From: Phoronis australis | Taxonomy: Eukaryota; Animalia; Phoronida | Direction of reading: 5' to 3' | NCBI GenBank assembly: GCA_002633005.1 | Contig: NMRA01000677.1 | Span: 146,926-210,925, forward strand | DNA length: 64,000 bases | Shown here: one piece after another, positions 48,801 to 61,086 of the stretch | Position numbering within the stretch: position 1 is the stretch's first letter | Layout of the letters: each line of letters starts with the position of its first letter | Position numbers and translations under genes: made by a program | Notes under the pieces: model-generated | Told to the model about the DNA's origin: nothing | Seen by the model: only the letters and a program-made list of their open reading frames with translations | Databases searched by the model: none

Positions 48801-51800
48801 CACTAAACATTTTCAAATATTTCTTTTTGTGAAGAAGTTCGACAAAATAGAATTTCATTTGTCAGCCACATCATGTGCTAAATAAGAGAAGAAATACCCT
48901 ATGTAAACAGTACACTTTCTGAATTTATGTCTGTTCGATCAAAAATGTGCGTTGTAATCTAGCTCAGAAGAGATGGAAAACATTCGACTACAGTTTTGTT
49001 AGAAAAAATAAACGCAACTGTAAACATGGACAATTTTTCACCCTAGTTTTATTTTCTCAAATATTGTCCGAAACGGCAAAAGATATAAATATTAATTTAA
49101 AGCGAAGTTTAAAATTCTGGCTCTGTTTACATTTTATCATGCCCTTCCTACGAAAATTCAGAATTTTGCGAAATAAACTACACAAAACAGAAAAGCTGAC
49201 AAATTACTTAAAGCCTTCTACAGGCCGATTGCAACAGACACAGTGCTTTAATTTCACTGCTCATAATCAGCAAGCCTAGTTGAGGAATTTTGCAAGTGTT
49301 TCATAGCTACAACAGTTTTCACTGAAACTGCATTACTTCCAAAGCATTCTTTTCTAATGCTTTGGTAAGTGAAACACTGACTGACATGGTGTTTTGGTGT
49401 TTCGTCTTCCATCCAGCACTTCAGGCAGCCGGAATCTGTTGCTCAACCCATTATTTTCTTATATTTCTGCAGGTTACAGTGACCTGTTATCACTTGCATT
49501 ATCAACTGCAGCTGAGACCTGATCAGATTCAAAAGCTAGAAAGTAAGACTGGGAGTTACCCAGCTCGCTACCTCTTTTGTTCTTCTACAAACACTTCTAT
49601 GACTAACAGTTAAAAAAAATCATCTTCGCTTGCTCATTGTGCTTGAGAAGAACAGTTTGTCATTGCTTGGAGAAAAAACAAATTCCTAGCCAAGGTCATC
49701 TTGAGCAATAACTTGATATCAAACAATTACAAACCAGAAGTTCTGCCGGAGGCCAGAAATGACGTCCAACCTAAGTAAGGAACAATTTGAGACCTTTTTT
49801 ATAGTCTGGAAAATCACTGATGTAACTGCTGAAATTCCCTATGAGTACTTTGGATAGCCTTGCACACTGCTGGTTGTGTTGTATTTGTGTTTAGACTGAG
49901 TGTTGAACGAAGTTTCTACACCCGATTTGAATACATTTTGTGTGATTTCATGACCTATTTGCATACATACGTTTTGTGTATCTTAGCTTATTTACTGCAC
50001 TTTTAGGCATTGGCAGTGTTACTTTTGATTTGAACATGGAAGGTTCACCATGTGTAAAGAGTGTCGTTATTGAGGACTGAACGAACAAATGAACGAATGA
50101 ACGAAGGCATCCATATGTTCGGGTATTTCACTAAAAACTTTACTTGGGGCTCCACTCTCCATTTAATACTCACACTAGTTTTGCAGGTTTAAATAATCTG
50201 TGAAATTAGCGAACAAATGTGAGTGCTTACATCTTGTTTAGTGACTAGAGTTTGTGGCCCCAGGAAGTTCTTGCCACACCCAATAGACTTCGGCAGCAGA
50301 CGGTTATGAACCGGCTCACTGTCAAACCCCAGGCACACTTGATGAAGCCAGGAACTGAAGGAAAAACAATAAGAAAAGTAAGAGAACTCAAACAAAGTAT
50401 TGTCTTTTAAAGCTAACACAAACACAAACACAAAGAAAGGAGAGATAACTCAACCAAAGCAGATGAGACAGTTTCCTTGTGGGCAGCAGAGATACATACT
50501 CAGTGAGTAAAACTGTGGTCTGATCTAGCCACCTGGACATGAGATCAAAAAAATGGTCAAAAATTAAACTTGAATTTCGACCAATAGCGCGACACACTTA
50601 GATTTAAGTTTCAAATTTCATGCAATGTGATCGGTCAATGAGCCTCGGTGGTACACAAAGATAATTTCACGAGTGGCAGTTTTGACAAGAAAAGCATTAT
50701 TGTATTGACTAGCTACACACTTTGGCAAAGTTTCATCTATAGGCCCATCCCGGATTACCACACCGCCACAATTTTTACCCACAATGCCACACATCTGACA
50801 GCCAGCAACTTCATCATGGCAGCCATAGTGGTTATCATGTCATGTTGAAATAGCTGCCTCATCACCAATCGTTCCCCAGCAAAGGTTTCCTTTTGCGGTG
50901 ACGACATTACTCAGCAAATCAAAGTGGTTCCAGGCACCATGCTAGGGAGGTCACTGATGCAGTTCACTACCAGTGCACCATGCTGTTTTGCCACAAAGTG
51001 TATGACAGATATGAACTAAGCTGTTTTTACTGCAGCCTTGAAGTGGACTTACCCGGTCTTGCTCCCAAAATAATTGTGCAGTTCTTTTTCAGATAGCTTG
51101 CACAAATCAGCCATTGTTTCACAGGCCAGAACTTCCTTTATCTCACGACCTAGCTTGCCTCCAAAGTTTCTCCTGAAAGACAAGACAGAAGTTAATGGGA
51201 GTTTTACGTTTCACATTTGCCAGTGCACTAACCTCTACATTCAGACAAGATGAAAGTTTTAAAACAAACGAACATGTTTTCAGGGAGATCAGGGCCTAGG
51301 TTCAATTTTTTACACTAAAAATCAAACTAGAATTATTTTTGGCATTACTTTTTCATGAGTACATTATAGTTTATGCTTAGGAGTTTCTAAGTTTTCAGTT
51401 CAAGTTCATACTCAATGATCTCTAGGTTCGAGCTTCAAGCTCAAGTAAAAATTCAAATTTCGAGTTAAGGCTTGAACTTTTAGATTGAACACTGGGCTCA
51501 TTACGTGCAAACTAGAATTTGAGAGTTATCCACGTAAGACATTACGTATTCGAGAATAGAGTTATTGACACATATCTTCAGTTTGCACAAAAGTTGAATA
51601 GAAAATCCCCAAAATAAGTGATTCTAACAGTCATGGGGATTTCTCAATCATTGGAGGGGAATTTCGCGTGATGTTTAAGTATTTGTCCGAGGGGAATGAG
51701 GCCAACAGTCATCCCCAAACTGAGGCATCGTGGGTCATGTGACCTCAAGCAATAACAAACTGAGGCATCGTGGGTCATGTGACCTCAAGCAATAACAAAC

Positions 51801-54800
51801 TGAGGCATCGTGGGTCATGTGACCTGTGACCTCAAGCAATAACAAACTTCAGTTCTTTCCAAGCTCAGAAATCAAACATGCGCCTACCCAGGGGGGGTTC
51901 AAACGAGCCTCCTATTTTTAGCGATGTGGGCAAAAAGGTCTGGCTCAGAGAAACAAAAGATACGAAAAAATTAAAAAACGAGATAAAATTCCACTAAATA
52001 GGCAGGAACTACCAAAAATCGGGGAATGCACAATTCATAGCTCTGAACGTACCCCATGAACCTTAGTAAAATGTCCACATTCTCAAATATTCAAGCCCCC
52101 CTCCCCGTTTTTAGGCTGGGTGCGCGCATGTTAAAAGACCGAGTTGGCTTCAGTTTTATAAAGGAACACAGTTTGAATGAAAGGATTGGCCTTTTTGGCA
52201 TGTTTGGCTTCACAGCAGCTTCAAAATAAATATGTCAAGCAAACAACTGATTGGACCCTGAACTTCCCACAACAATCTGATTCAGGAACTTGTATGAAGA
52301 GAACAATGTCTTACAACTTATCAACTGGCAACGTCTGATAGAGAATGGGTACGGAGCCATGTGGAAGGATGGTCTGTTTGTTCGGCTTGTTGATTCCACA
52401 AGCAATCTTAGCCAGCATCTGAAGAGTAATAAAACAATCGACTTTTATTACATAAAATTTGAACAAAATCTCATGAGCCTGTACATTGCCCTTTCTGGTC
52501 AAATATCTTTAGATCGCGTATGTTAAACAATCCTAATTTTAGGCTAGTTACAACTGTAGACTGGGTATATTTCAAGAATTAGACTCGAATGTGCAGGCGA
52601 AAAAAGCACCAGTTAGTTATATCAAAGCATTACATTAAGGAAATGTGAGATTGATCAAACTGCACTTAGTCTAAAATCTCTTCCAGAAACAAATCTTCAG
52701 TGTAACCGCATATCTTGGCAGAAGTGTGTGCTTCCAGCAATTGTGTGGAGTGAGTGGTGCCTGACACAGATAAGTGTGCTTCAGTTCCACACACACACAG
52801 TGTAACCAACAAGTAGAATTATATTTTTGAAGTTTGTACTTCAGCTCAGTGCAGTTTGTGTTGTGCAGGTACCACAAAACACATCTCATAGACAGGTATA
52901 TTTTCAAAAATTAATGACAAAATGAGTCTGAAATATAGGAAAGTGCAGTTTTAGCAAAATATTTTTTATTAAATTTAAAACAGATTTACCAAATAACCAA
53001 TTATCTACTAAAAATTCACTAGTCTAATAAATATTAAAGACAAATTTTCTATTCAGAAAGAGAACAAAGGTGGAATACCTTGTTATGGCCTATGCCTGCC
53101 GAACAACGAAAGCCTGTCTCCTTGAAGACAGCGGCTCTCATCTCCTCAGCAATCACGGCACCCATGGCTAGCTGTTGGTTGTAAACATTCGCACTGTCGT
53201 CGCCCTGGATATGTGTCAACCACTCTGAAGTGCCACGGCTAACTGAAAGATGAGCAGAAAATTCAACAGTTAAATACAGTATGCATCTATTTTATTACAG
53301 AATTCTAGGATTATCACAAAATCTAAGCATTTTACTACAAACACTTTATTACTAGTTGTAAGAATTTAAATATCAATGGAAGTTACTTTGTCCCGCTACA
53401 CAACTTGTCATTTACATACCACTGGGGTCTAACCCACAAATGCATGGTAACTGTAACTAAACACAACACATCTACTATGCCCTCTTGGTCATTCAACATC
53501 ACATTTGGTCTGCTCAGCCCAGTTCCCACTAATAGCAACAGAGGTCAGTGTAGTAAACTGACTGAGACAGATCATTAAGTTTCAAACTAAAGTTGTAGAT
53601 GTACTATTATTTCTGCTACATCCAGGTTATACTAAAAGCATTTGAAAATGATCAATTCAAAGAGGACATGAACCCGTATTCAATCAAAGAAGTTGCTTTT
53701 TACCACCATGACTATAAAACTGATCTCAACTTGTTCCGAACTCAGATGAGAAATGGTTTCAGGGCTTGGAAAAGCTGAGGGTTCATTACTGCTTGAGAAG
53801 AGCTGGTCACAAGCAATAACTAACTGACAGTTCATTTCAATCCCTGGAATCGCTTCTAATTTGACTAAGATACAATTTGAGACTAGTAACATAATGTGAA
53901 GGTTATCCAGGATCTTAATAAACAACCTCAACTTTAAGTGAAATATCGAAAAAAATGATTTGTCAACCATTAGAAGTATATATTTTCTGACAGGAGAAAG
54001 ATCAAGGATTCTAAAAATATGCTTCTTACAACTGTGTCTTTACTACTGTCAAGCGACGAAGTCTTTTAAGTCAAACTTTCACGTGCAATATAGGTTCATT
54101 CAGCTGATTTTACTAAAACTTTTTTAAATGAGAACTTTAGGTTATGTCTCAAAAACGCCATTGGGAAATTAGCCTTAAAATGCCTAGTTTTCGCGTACCA
54201 AGAGAAAGACCAATGAGACTCTGTTTTTTTTAACAAAAATGCATTTTTTTCGATATTTGACTTAGAGTTGAGGTCGTTCACTAAGGTCCTAGATAACTTT
54301 AAGCGGATTTTATTTTCGTAACATGTGGGTTTATAGGACACTTAACATGATATTGTTCACTAGTTAAATCTTCCAACATCACCAATTCACAACTCAAGAC
54401 TCACAAGTTCTTTGAATTCACTTACTGATATTTGACTTCATCTCCTCGTTTTCACTGCCTTCCCCAAAACTGTCGGAATCTTGTTTCTGGTCGTCCCACC
54501 CAACCACAAATGTGTTCGGCAAGATATCCGGAGTTATCTCCCCTGAGTGGTGAGCTAGCCTCTCTTTAACCTCATTGGTCACGTCCAGGTAAGCCTCGTC
54601 AACTGAAGCCCGCTCTACGCAAGCGCAAAATTTGCACAACGTGGCGATAACCTCAGCACCTGCTTCTCGATATCTGTAAAAAATATTGAGGCCTTAACCA
54701 CATCTAACGTGCAAAAAAATTATTCCCGTCTTGATCCTATCTAGCAATTGCTTGTTTGATCCCATCGAATAATGGCCTGGAAAAGCATAGTTATTTTTTC

Positions 54801-56861
54801 TTTCAGAAAGCTCAGGGCTCTCACTCACTCATAAGAGGGGCAAAAGTACATTGTAAAGGTAATTATTTGGTTGAGGGACCCCCCCTCCCCTCAGTCAAAA
54901 CCAACACCTCGATCACCACCCTAATCACCAATATCTCAAAATATGTTTCCAAACTAAAATCACCAGACTGGTTCAATTTCGTCCTACACTATTAAAGTTA
55001 ACTCCAACATGGATGTCAAAACTCAACCAACCCTTAAATGAAACAAAATACCCATGTATAGTAATTTCTTTTCAAATGCGCACAAAGATAATTGCCAAAA
55101 TTAAAATTTTTCCACATTTCATAAAAGTTGATTGCAATTTCAAAATATTCTAAATTCCACATATTTTTATGTTTTGTTTTACAGTTGTTCATATCATGTT
55201 AACCATGAAGTTGACTTTCTTTTGAGGTTTATTTTCGTTAAAAATTTCACAAAACAATTATTCTCCATGTTAAGTACAAAAGTATTCAGAACAAATTCAA
55301 TGAATCCAATACCTGGTCAGGTCTGCCTTTCCACGCACTTCAGGAACTCTTGCAAATTTTAGCTCAGGACAAATCTTCAGTGCTTCATCTCCGCGGATAT
55401 TACGTTTAACACCACGAGCTCTGGCTTCATAACTCACGGCGATTATGCTGAAAATGCAAATTAAACATTCACCAAGATAATTTAAAGTGCCCATAACCAT
55501 TTCTTCATAAAAAAACAATGACAAGTGATTAGTTGATTAACTAAGATGTGACTTTCCCGTCATGAGCATTCAGAACCTCTTGATAACAGTATTTATGACA
55601 AAGTAAAACAAGTCAGTTTGGCTTTATATGGACTAAGGCAGGTGGTCTTATATCAGAACAGGTTTCCATAAATTCGAAAAGAAATATTTGAAGAAAAATG
55701 TCATTCATTGATTTTTCAACTACTCACTGTATTACCAAAAATGAAAAATTTTATCTCGTGTTTATTGATGACAACCATACAATATGAAGTTATCAAATAA
55801 TCAAGCAAAAAACTTGTATTCTTGTTTACTCATTAATATTAAAAAAATTTGTTAAATAAAACTTGACTGTTCATCCATATTGTGTTCTAACTTAAAGAAA
55901 CTTTACCGTACGTATGAAATAAAAGAAAAATTGGAGTATGGCTCATACGCAGGTGAATACCAAAATTATTTTGTCATTATATGCTTTTGATGCTTATAGA
56001 CACTCTACAAAATTGACATGGTTAATCTAGAGCAGTGCCTCAAATTGTGTTTTACGACGAGAGAAAAATTCCAAGTCGCCACAAAGTCGACACTGTGAGT
56101 ATCTAAGTTAGAGAATAATTACCACTAAGTTCGTTTCAAAGTTAGTGTTGACTTCCAAATGTTACATTACTAACAGTTTTCCTAGATTTATTACCTATGG
56201 TTTTCAATTTCTCCGTTTATTTCGTGAAGTCAGCGCATTTGCCACCACGTTTAAATTACAACAGGAGTAAACCGACACATGTTGGAATTGTTAGGCAAAA
56301 ATTGGGCAAGATCAGTGAAATTCACGCCATCAGCCCATGCGGTCGTATGCATTCTATGTTTGTTCCTCGTCGGCGGGAAGAATTGAGTTGAAGAATGAAA
56401 GTGATTTAGGCATTTACAAGGAATAAGAAATTGGAGAAGCGCAATAGAATGCGTGGTCTACGAACCAATTGTTACGCACAGAAATTAATGCTTGGACTTG
56501 ATTTAGACGACCTCAGATTTCGCTTGGCGACCTAGGATTTTTGCCAGGTCGCCAATTGCGACTTGGCATTTAGCTAGGTGTTGAACGCTGTAAAGGTATA
56601 TCTTATTAGACATAACTGCCAAAACGAGAGTTCTCTAAACTAGAAATATGAAGTTAGTATCTACACACGATTTGCTGTTATTGATTTAAGCAAATTTCAA
56701 CTGAATTTCAGATTGTTGATCTGTGCGTACCCGCCCCCTCTGTAGGCGTTGTACTGTAATACGGCACAGGGCGTCCCCTTCAGGCTCTCATCAAGTCTCT
56801 GCTCTACTTGAACATAGAAACAGTCCATATCCACTAATAGTATAACTCGGTCCACCATCAT
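44698..56861 (-). CDS. POLH: DNA polymerase eta (Y-family translesion polymerase), 10 coding exons, about 811 aa (gene span)
   Basis: Exons 56861-56731, 55447-55313, 54673-54426, 53242-53079, 52418-52315, 51172-51053, 50354-50231, 48361-48296, 46463-46288, 45865-44698 join in phase (2436 nt). Motifs: VDMDCFYVQVEQ, IIAVSYEAR, KADLTRYR, ERASVDEAYLD, CSAGIGHNKMLAK, PKSIGCGKNF, UBZ, NLS, terminal PIP-like box. Confidence 0.96.
46288..46463 (-). CDS. POLH: POLH exon 9 (little finger/PAD)
   Basis: NKRTAKSMNVGLHWFDANKTRCSASRAVSLTQYDAKKLADDSFAVLQQFNRAAPGLKEW. Confidence 0.92.
48296..48361 (-). CDS. POLH: POLH exon 8
   Basis: VYHWLSQLSKELEERLIRDRND; cag / gtaagt. Confidence 0.92.
50231..50354 (-). 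CDS. POLH: POLH exon 7
   Basis: SWLHQVCLGFDSEPVHNRLLPKSIGCGKNFLGPQTLVTKQD. Confidence 0.94.
51053..51172 (-). CDS. POLH: POLH exon 6 (thumb/HhH)
   Basis: RNFGGKLGREIKEVLACETMADLCKLSEKELHNYFGSKTG. Confidence 0.94.
51717..51848 (+). repeat. 40-bp tandem repeat x3
   Basis: AAACTGAGGCATCGTGGGTCATGTGACCTCAAGCAATAAC three times; the third unit has an extra TGTGACC. Confidence 0.95.
51877..52130 (-). mobile_element. MITE, copy 2 of the 9211-9469 family, in POLH intron 5
   Basis: Ends CATGCGCCTACCC and GGGTGCGCGCATG; internal match (tagtaaaatgtccacattctcaaa versus ttttgagaatgtggaccttttactag). Confidence 0.78.
52315..52418 (-). CDS. POLH: POLH exon 5
   Basis: MLAKIACGINKPNKQTILPHGSVPILYQTLPVDKL. 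Confidence 0.95.
53079..53242 (-). CDS. POLH: POLH exon 4
   Basis: SRGTSEWL...QLAMGAVIAEEMRAAVFKETGFRCSAGIGHNK. Confidence 0.94.
54426..54673 (-). CDS. POLH: POLH exon 3 (catalytic DE motif)
   Basis: YREAGAEVIATLCKFCACVERASVDEAYLDVT...; cag / gtaagt. Confidence 0.95.
55313..55447 (-). CDS. POLH: POLH exon 2
   Basis: IIAVSYEARARGVKRNIRGDEALKICPELKFARVPEVRGKADLTR. Confidence 0.95.
56033..56590. mobile_element. Probable hAT-like MITE in POLH intron 1
   Basis: Ends CAGTGCCTCAA and TTGAACGCTG; subterminal GTCGCC/GGCGAC repeats; near-duplicated flanks TAGAG/TAAAG. Confidence 0.4.
56731..56861 (-). CDS. POLH: POLH coding exon 1
   Basis: MMVDRVILLVDMDCFYVQVEQRLDESLKGTPCAVLQYNAYRGGG; donor gtacgc. 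Confidence 0.93.
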
Positions 56862-57569
56862 GTAACATTATCGTCACCTGCCCTGACAAGAGCACAGAAA
56901 ATACGAATGTAGACAAGAACTCTCAGGTAATTCACTCAGCGTTTATTCAGAGATCAATGATTAGAATCTGTAATACAATACTTTCAATGAAGGAACCAGG
57001 GCATCTCATGTGGCCAACCAGACGAACCCAAATGGTGACTTTTGAAAGCTGGTTTGCAAACTAGAGTGCTGTGTTAGAAAATCCAATGCAACTTGGATTT
57101 GTGGTCCGTGGTTAATATGACCACATTGTTCTCAAAGCCAGTGTGTTTTATTTCATGCTTTTCTCAAACTTCTTAAATCTTAAATGCGTTAGAAGAAGTA
57201 GCAACCAAGATCACTACAACCGCTAAGATTTGGTAAGTATTAATCACATAAAGTTAAAAATTTATTGAATGTCATTTGATTGAACTGGGAGAGCTCTTCG
57301 TCTCATTTCACAACGAGCAACCTCATAGAGTGTCTACACATGTTCCAGTAGCAGACAGTGACATGCACCCTGACCTTTGGCTTTGGATTTGACAATTACA
57401 TCACCTACCTCGTACAAAACTACTCATTCAAAATACAGCGAATAACAAATGAAACATATGCATTTATACACTGAATTATAATTAACACATACCATGACTC
57501 TGGAAACAATTTAGTCAAAATAATTTGAACATATCCTTGATAATCTACCGCAATTCACTCGAGCTTCCC

Positions 57570-58595
57570 TCACCGGGTGTCTTTTTGCTGAAGTTACGCA
57601 AGGGCCTGTTTAAGAACAAAAAACAAATGGAACACAAGTCTTGCAAATTCCACTGGAGATCTTCCCATACTACATTTTGCGAGTGTCACCTGCTTCACTC
57701 GGTCTCTTGGTGCCTATCTAAACTCACGACACGTGATGTCCATTCGAATTTTTTGTATATTATAGTTAATTTATCAGCACAAAAAAGTTAATGGTGACTA
57801 GAAAAGTTGAGTTGGAATTCTTTGCCAAAGTAATCTTACTTCAAGTAGACATGCTTATCAAGGATATGAATAAAACTAGAAATGGTCGATGAAGAAAGTA
57901 AGTGTTTTTTAAGAGACCATTTCGAGAGTAAAATGCATTTTTGACGAGGATTTCAGCTACCGCCTGTATAAAATAAGTGATGAGATTAGAACAGGAATTG
58001 ATGGGGAGGACTGTATAGCTCGTGGGACTCAATCAAGCCAATACTCTAGCAATAAGGTTGACGCAGGGCTAGAATTATGGGCCCTCTTTCATTGTAAATC
58101 CACCAGGCATCCTAACAAAAGCTTACATGCAAACACGACTACAGAAACCAACACAAGCAAGATCCTAAATTTTGCGCCGAATGATTGCAGCGCCCTCTGT
58201 AAGAAACGGAAGTGGCTTGGGCTGTTCTCTTCACAAAGTTCACAACTGCAAAAGGAAAACCGGTTTTGCGTCCAGTAACAAACAAAAAAAGGTGTTTCAA
58301 TTGCTAAAAAAATCACATAAATTGGCCGTAGTGACCATTCAATAGTGTTTTGACTAGCTTTGATATTCAGGGTGGAAAATATAAGTAATTCAATGCGGGA
58401 GTAGCCTTGCTTGATGAAACAGCACAAGATCATAAACCAATGAAATGTTCTTTTACAAACTCTGTAGGTGTGTACCGGTCCTGTCGTCGTAGCAGAAGTG
58501 GGAGAAACCAACGAATTTTTGAGAAAAGACAGGGTTGAAACTCATTGTTACGCAAGGTTTGCATGATTTGAGCGCGTTTGCCTACCGTAAGTTGA
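57570..58595. promoter_or_regulatory. Probable divergent (bidirectional) promoter region for POLH and RRBP1, with non-coding first exons
   Basis: Head-to-head genes whose first coding exons both have acceptors; candidate minus-strand donor GTGAG near 57573 and plus-strand donor GTAAGT near 58587; ETS motif CGGAAGTG at 58207; E-box CACGTG at 57730. Confidence 0.45.
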
Positions 58596-60881
58596 TTGTC
58601 AGTTTAAATCAGTGTTTTGATGCAGTCTATGATTTAAATATTTCTTTGTTTTTACTCGAAATCGGAGATCCGTGCTGGAGTCAGAATTTCACATGTGAGA
58701 ATCAAGACACTTGCAACGTAAGCAGCAGCTCATTATAGGCCGTTCATTTCCGGGGATCAGTTGCGGCTCAATTTACTTTAAATTAATCGCTACTTTGGCA
58801 TTTTTTTTTCAACATGCCTTCTGATCAAAGTAATTGGGTGTAGCAGGTATTTTGTATTATGGTTATCTGCTAAGCTTTCACCATGTGAAGTTTGATAAAA
58901 TCCGTCCAACTCCCAGACCCAATTTACCTAAAAAGCACAATTGTATGTAATGCGCATAATGCTGTCTAGTGTGGATGGTGAAAGTCCAATGTAATTTGCC
59001 TGTGATTCTGCCTGGGTAGTGAGAGAGAATTACTTCCTCTAAAACCCATTATTTAATGGACTTGACTGGTTCTCAAGTCAGGAATCGTCATGGGGAAATA
59101 TTACCCAGTGGTACAACAGTAAGAATTAGATGTTTGAAAAGTATTTCCAAGAAAATTATGGCTTTGTTTTGGTTATTGACTTGAATTCGGCTACACTGCC
59201 AAAAGAGTCATAGACAAGGAAACAAAATGGAACACTGCAATAATGTTGAAACTGCATTTCACCTTGTTGAGCTGGCTAAGAAGCTAAAATCAAATTAGGC
59301 CTTTTTCGCTCATAAAATGGATGTCGTGGTATTCCTTATGATTGGATTCTATTTCTGTTATGCACCACAACATTGGAACAATTAATGGCTCAAGAAAATT
59401 CTTCTGAGATTGGGGTTGGCCTACCCTAAAGTTACAAATTTGAAAATGGCACGTATTGCCTGTGACTTGAGTTACTGTTTCATTCAGCATCAACTCAAGA
59501 TTGGATCAGTGTGTTTGTAGTTTTAAACCTCCAAACACTTCATTCAAGAATTCATTTAACATTAACAGCTAAATAGTGGCAAAATGTGGCTTTAAAACGG
59601 AATAAATGGTACAAATGTGAATTGTACATATATGTAAACCTAGAAGCAGGTTTAAGCAGCACCTTCTGCCTAAATGGAAAAGTGGCCCTGTGGGTCGATG
59701 ATGAACGAAACACAGAAATCTGTGTGTGGGCATCTGTATGCATGCCTTAGTTTGGATGTTTGTCAAATACATATGGTACGTGAATAAACCAGAAAAGGTC
59801 ATTGAATCGTGTACTTGTTTTGTTTGACACCTTGTAATTTTGTGTATATCAAGAAGTACGAATTTGTGTGAAATGTGGGTGCAGCAACCCCCAAGCCAGC
59901 ATTTGTCAATAGATGGAGCAGTGTACTGCTGCATTTCTGAACATCAGCCAAACGGAATGTTTGAATATTATTTTCCAACCAATTGGAATGTCCATGATAT
60001 GAATATTAATTCGTTACCAAATGAGACATCATGCTATCTGGTCAATTTCAATTCACAGTGCCACCTCTCGTAGTAATTGAGGATTGTGAAATATTGATAT
60101 TCAAACCACTGTTATCCTAAGCTATCTCTGAATGTTGGTAGTAGTTCCTTATGTAATAGCAATATTTTCTAATGGTACATTATGTGCTCATTCTGGCCCC
60201 ACAGGTCCTGGTCCCAAAGGGTGTCGGTGTGACATCACACTAATTGAAATAAGTGTGATGTTAAGTGGCATAAATAGCAACAATTGGTTACTGGTGAATT
60301 TACGCACATGTAAATATCTGTAGTATCCAATTGTCTGTGGGATGACCAACTGTTATTAGAGGAAATCTGGTCGTGTAGATTATTTGATTCTGATGTTTTA
60401 GTTGGTTGATTTGGGAATTTAGTACCAGATATGTTGGATTCTTATAGAGCCATGCAGTTACTGAAACAATCCCTTGTTTCATAACAATGAGCAAACTTCT
60501 CCTTGGCAATTCGATGTTTAGTATATTGGTAAGGTCAACTGAAGTTCACTGCCTGGTTTTGTCCCCTCTGAGACCCACAAGAACATCGCTGTAATACCCA
60601 TTGATCAATATTAAAACTGCCATGTGCCTCATGACAATTTCATATCTAGTGAAGTTATCTCCAGTTTCCCAATCCTATGCTTATTGTGCGTATTGTTAAT
60701 TTCCTAATTATTTGATCATATCGGTTTTCTACATTTAATTTTCTTACCTTCATACAATAACAAATGTTAAATGTACCCTTGGCAATCATGTTTATTATAG
60801 ACAAGAACTAAAATTTCCCCTTGGGTAAAAGGTCCGCAGATGTAATGATTGTGACACCCTTACCTTTCACAGCTGCTGACC

Positions 60882-61086
60882 ATGGAGATTCAAGGCGTAG
60901 TGATTGGCGTGGTTATCGTCGTGAGTTCCGCCATTATTCTCTACTTGATCTCCCTCTGGGGGTTCAGAGAGAAAACTTACGACGAGGTGATCGCCGAACA
61001 ACGCCAACAGAATGAAGCGGCCCTAGCTAAGAGCCGAGTGGACAAGGATAAAAACAAGAAAAAGTTCAAGCATAAGAAAGGAAAAG
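60882..61086 (+). CDS. RRBP1: Ribosome-binding protein 1 (p180)/kinectin-like protein, first coding exon
   Basis: Acceptor at 60872; ACCATGG Kozak context; N-terminal TM helix (VVIGVVIVVSSAIILYLISLWGF), then REKTYDEVIAEQR and a Lys-rich stretch typical of the RRBP1/KTN1 N-terminus; donor G|GTAGT. Confidence 0.82.

Noticed and set aside
51717-51848. 40-bp direct repeats resembling a CRISPR array
   Set aside because: Units are contiguous with no unique spacers, there are no cas genes, and the context is a eukaryotic intron
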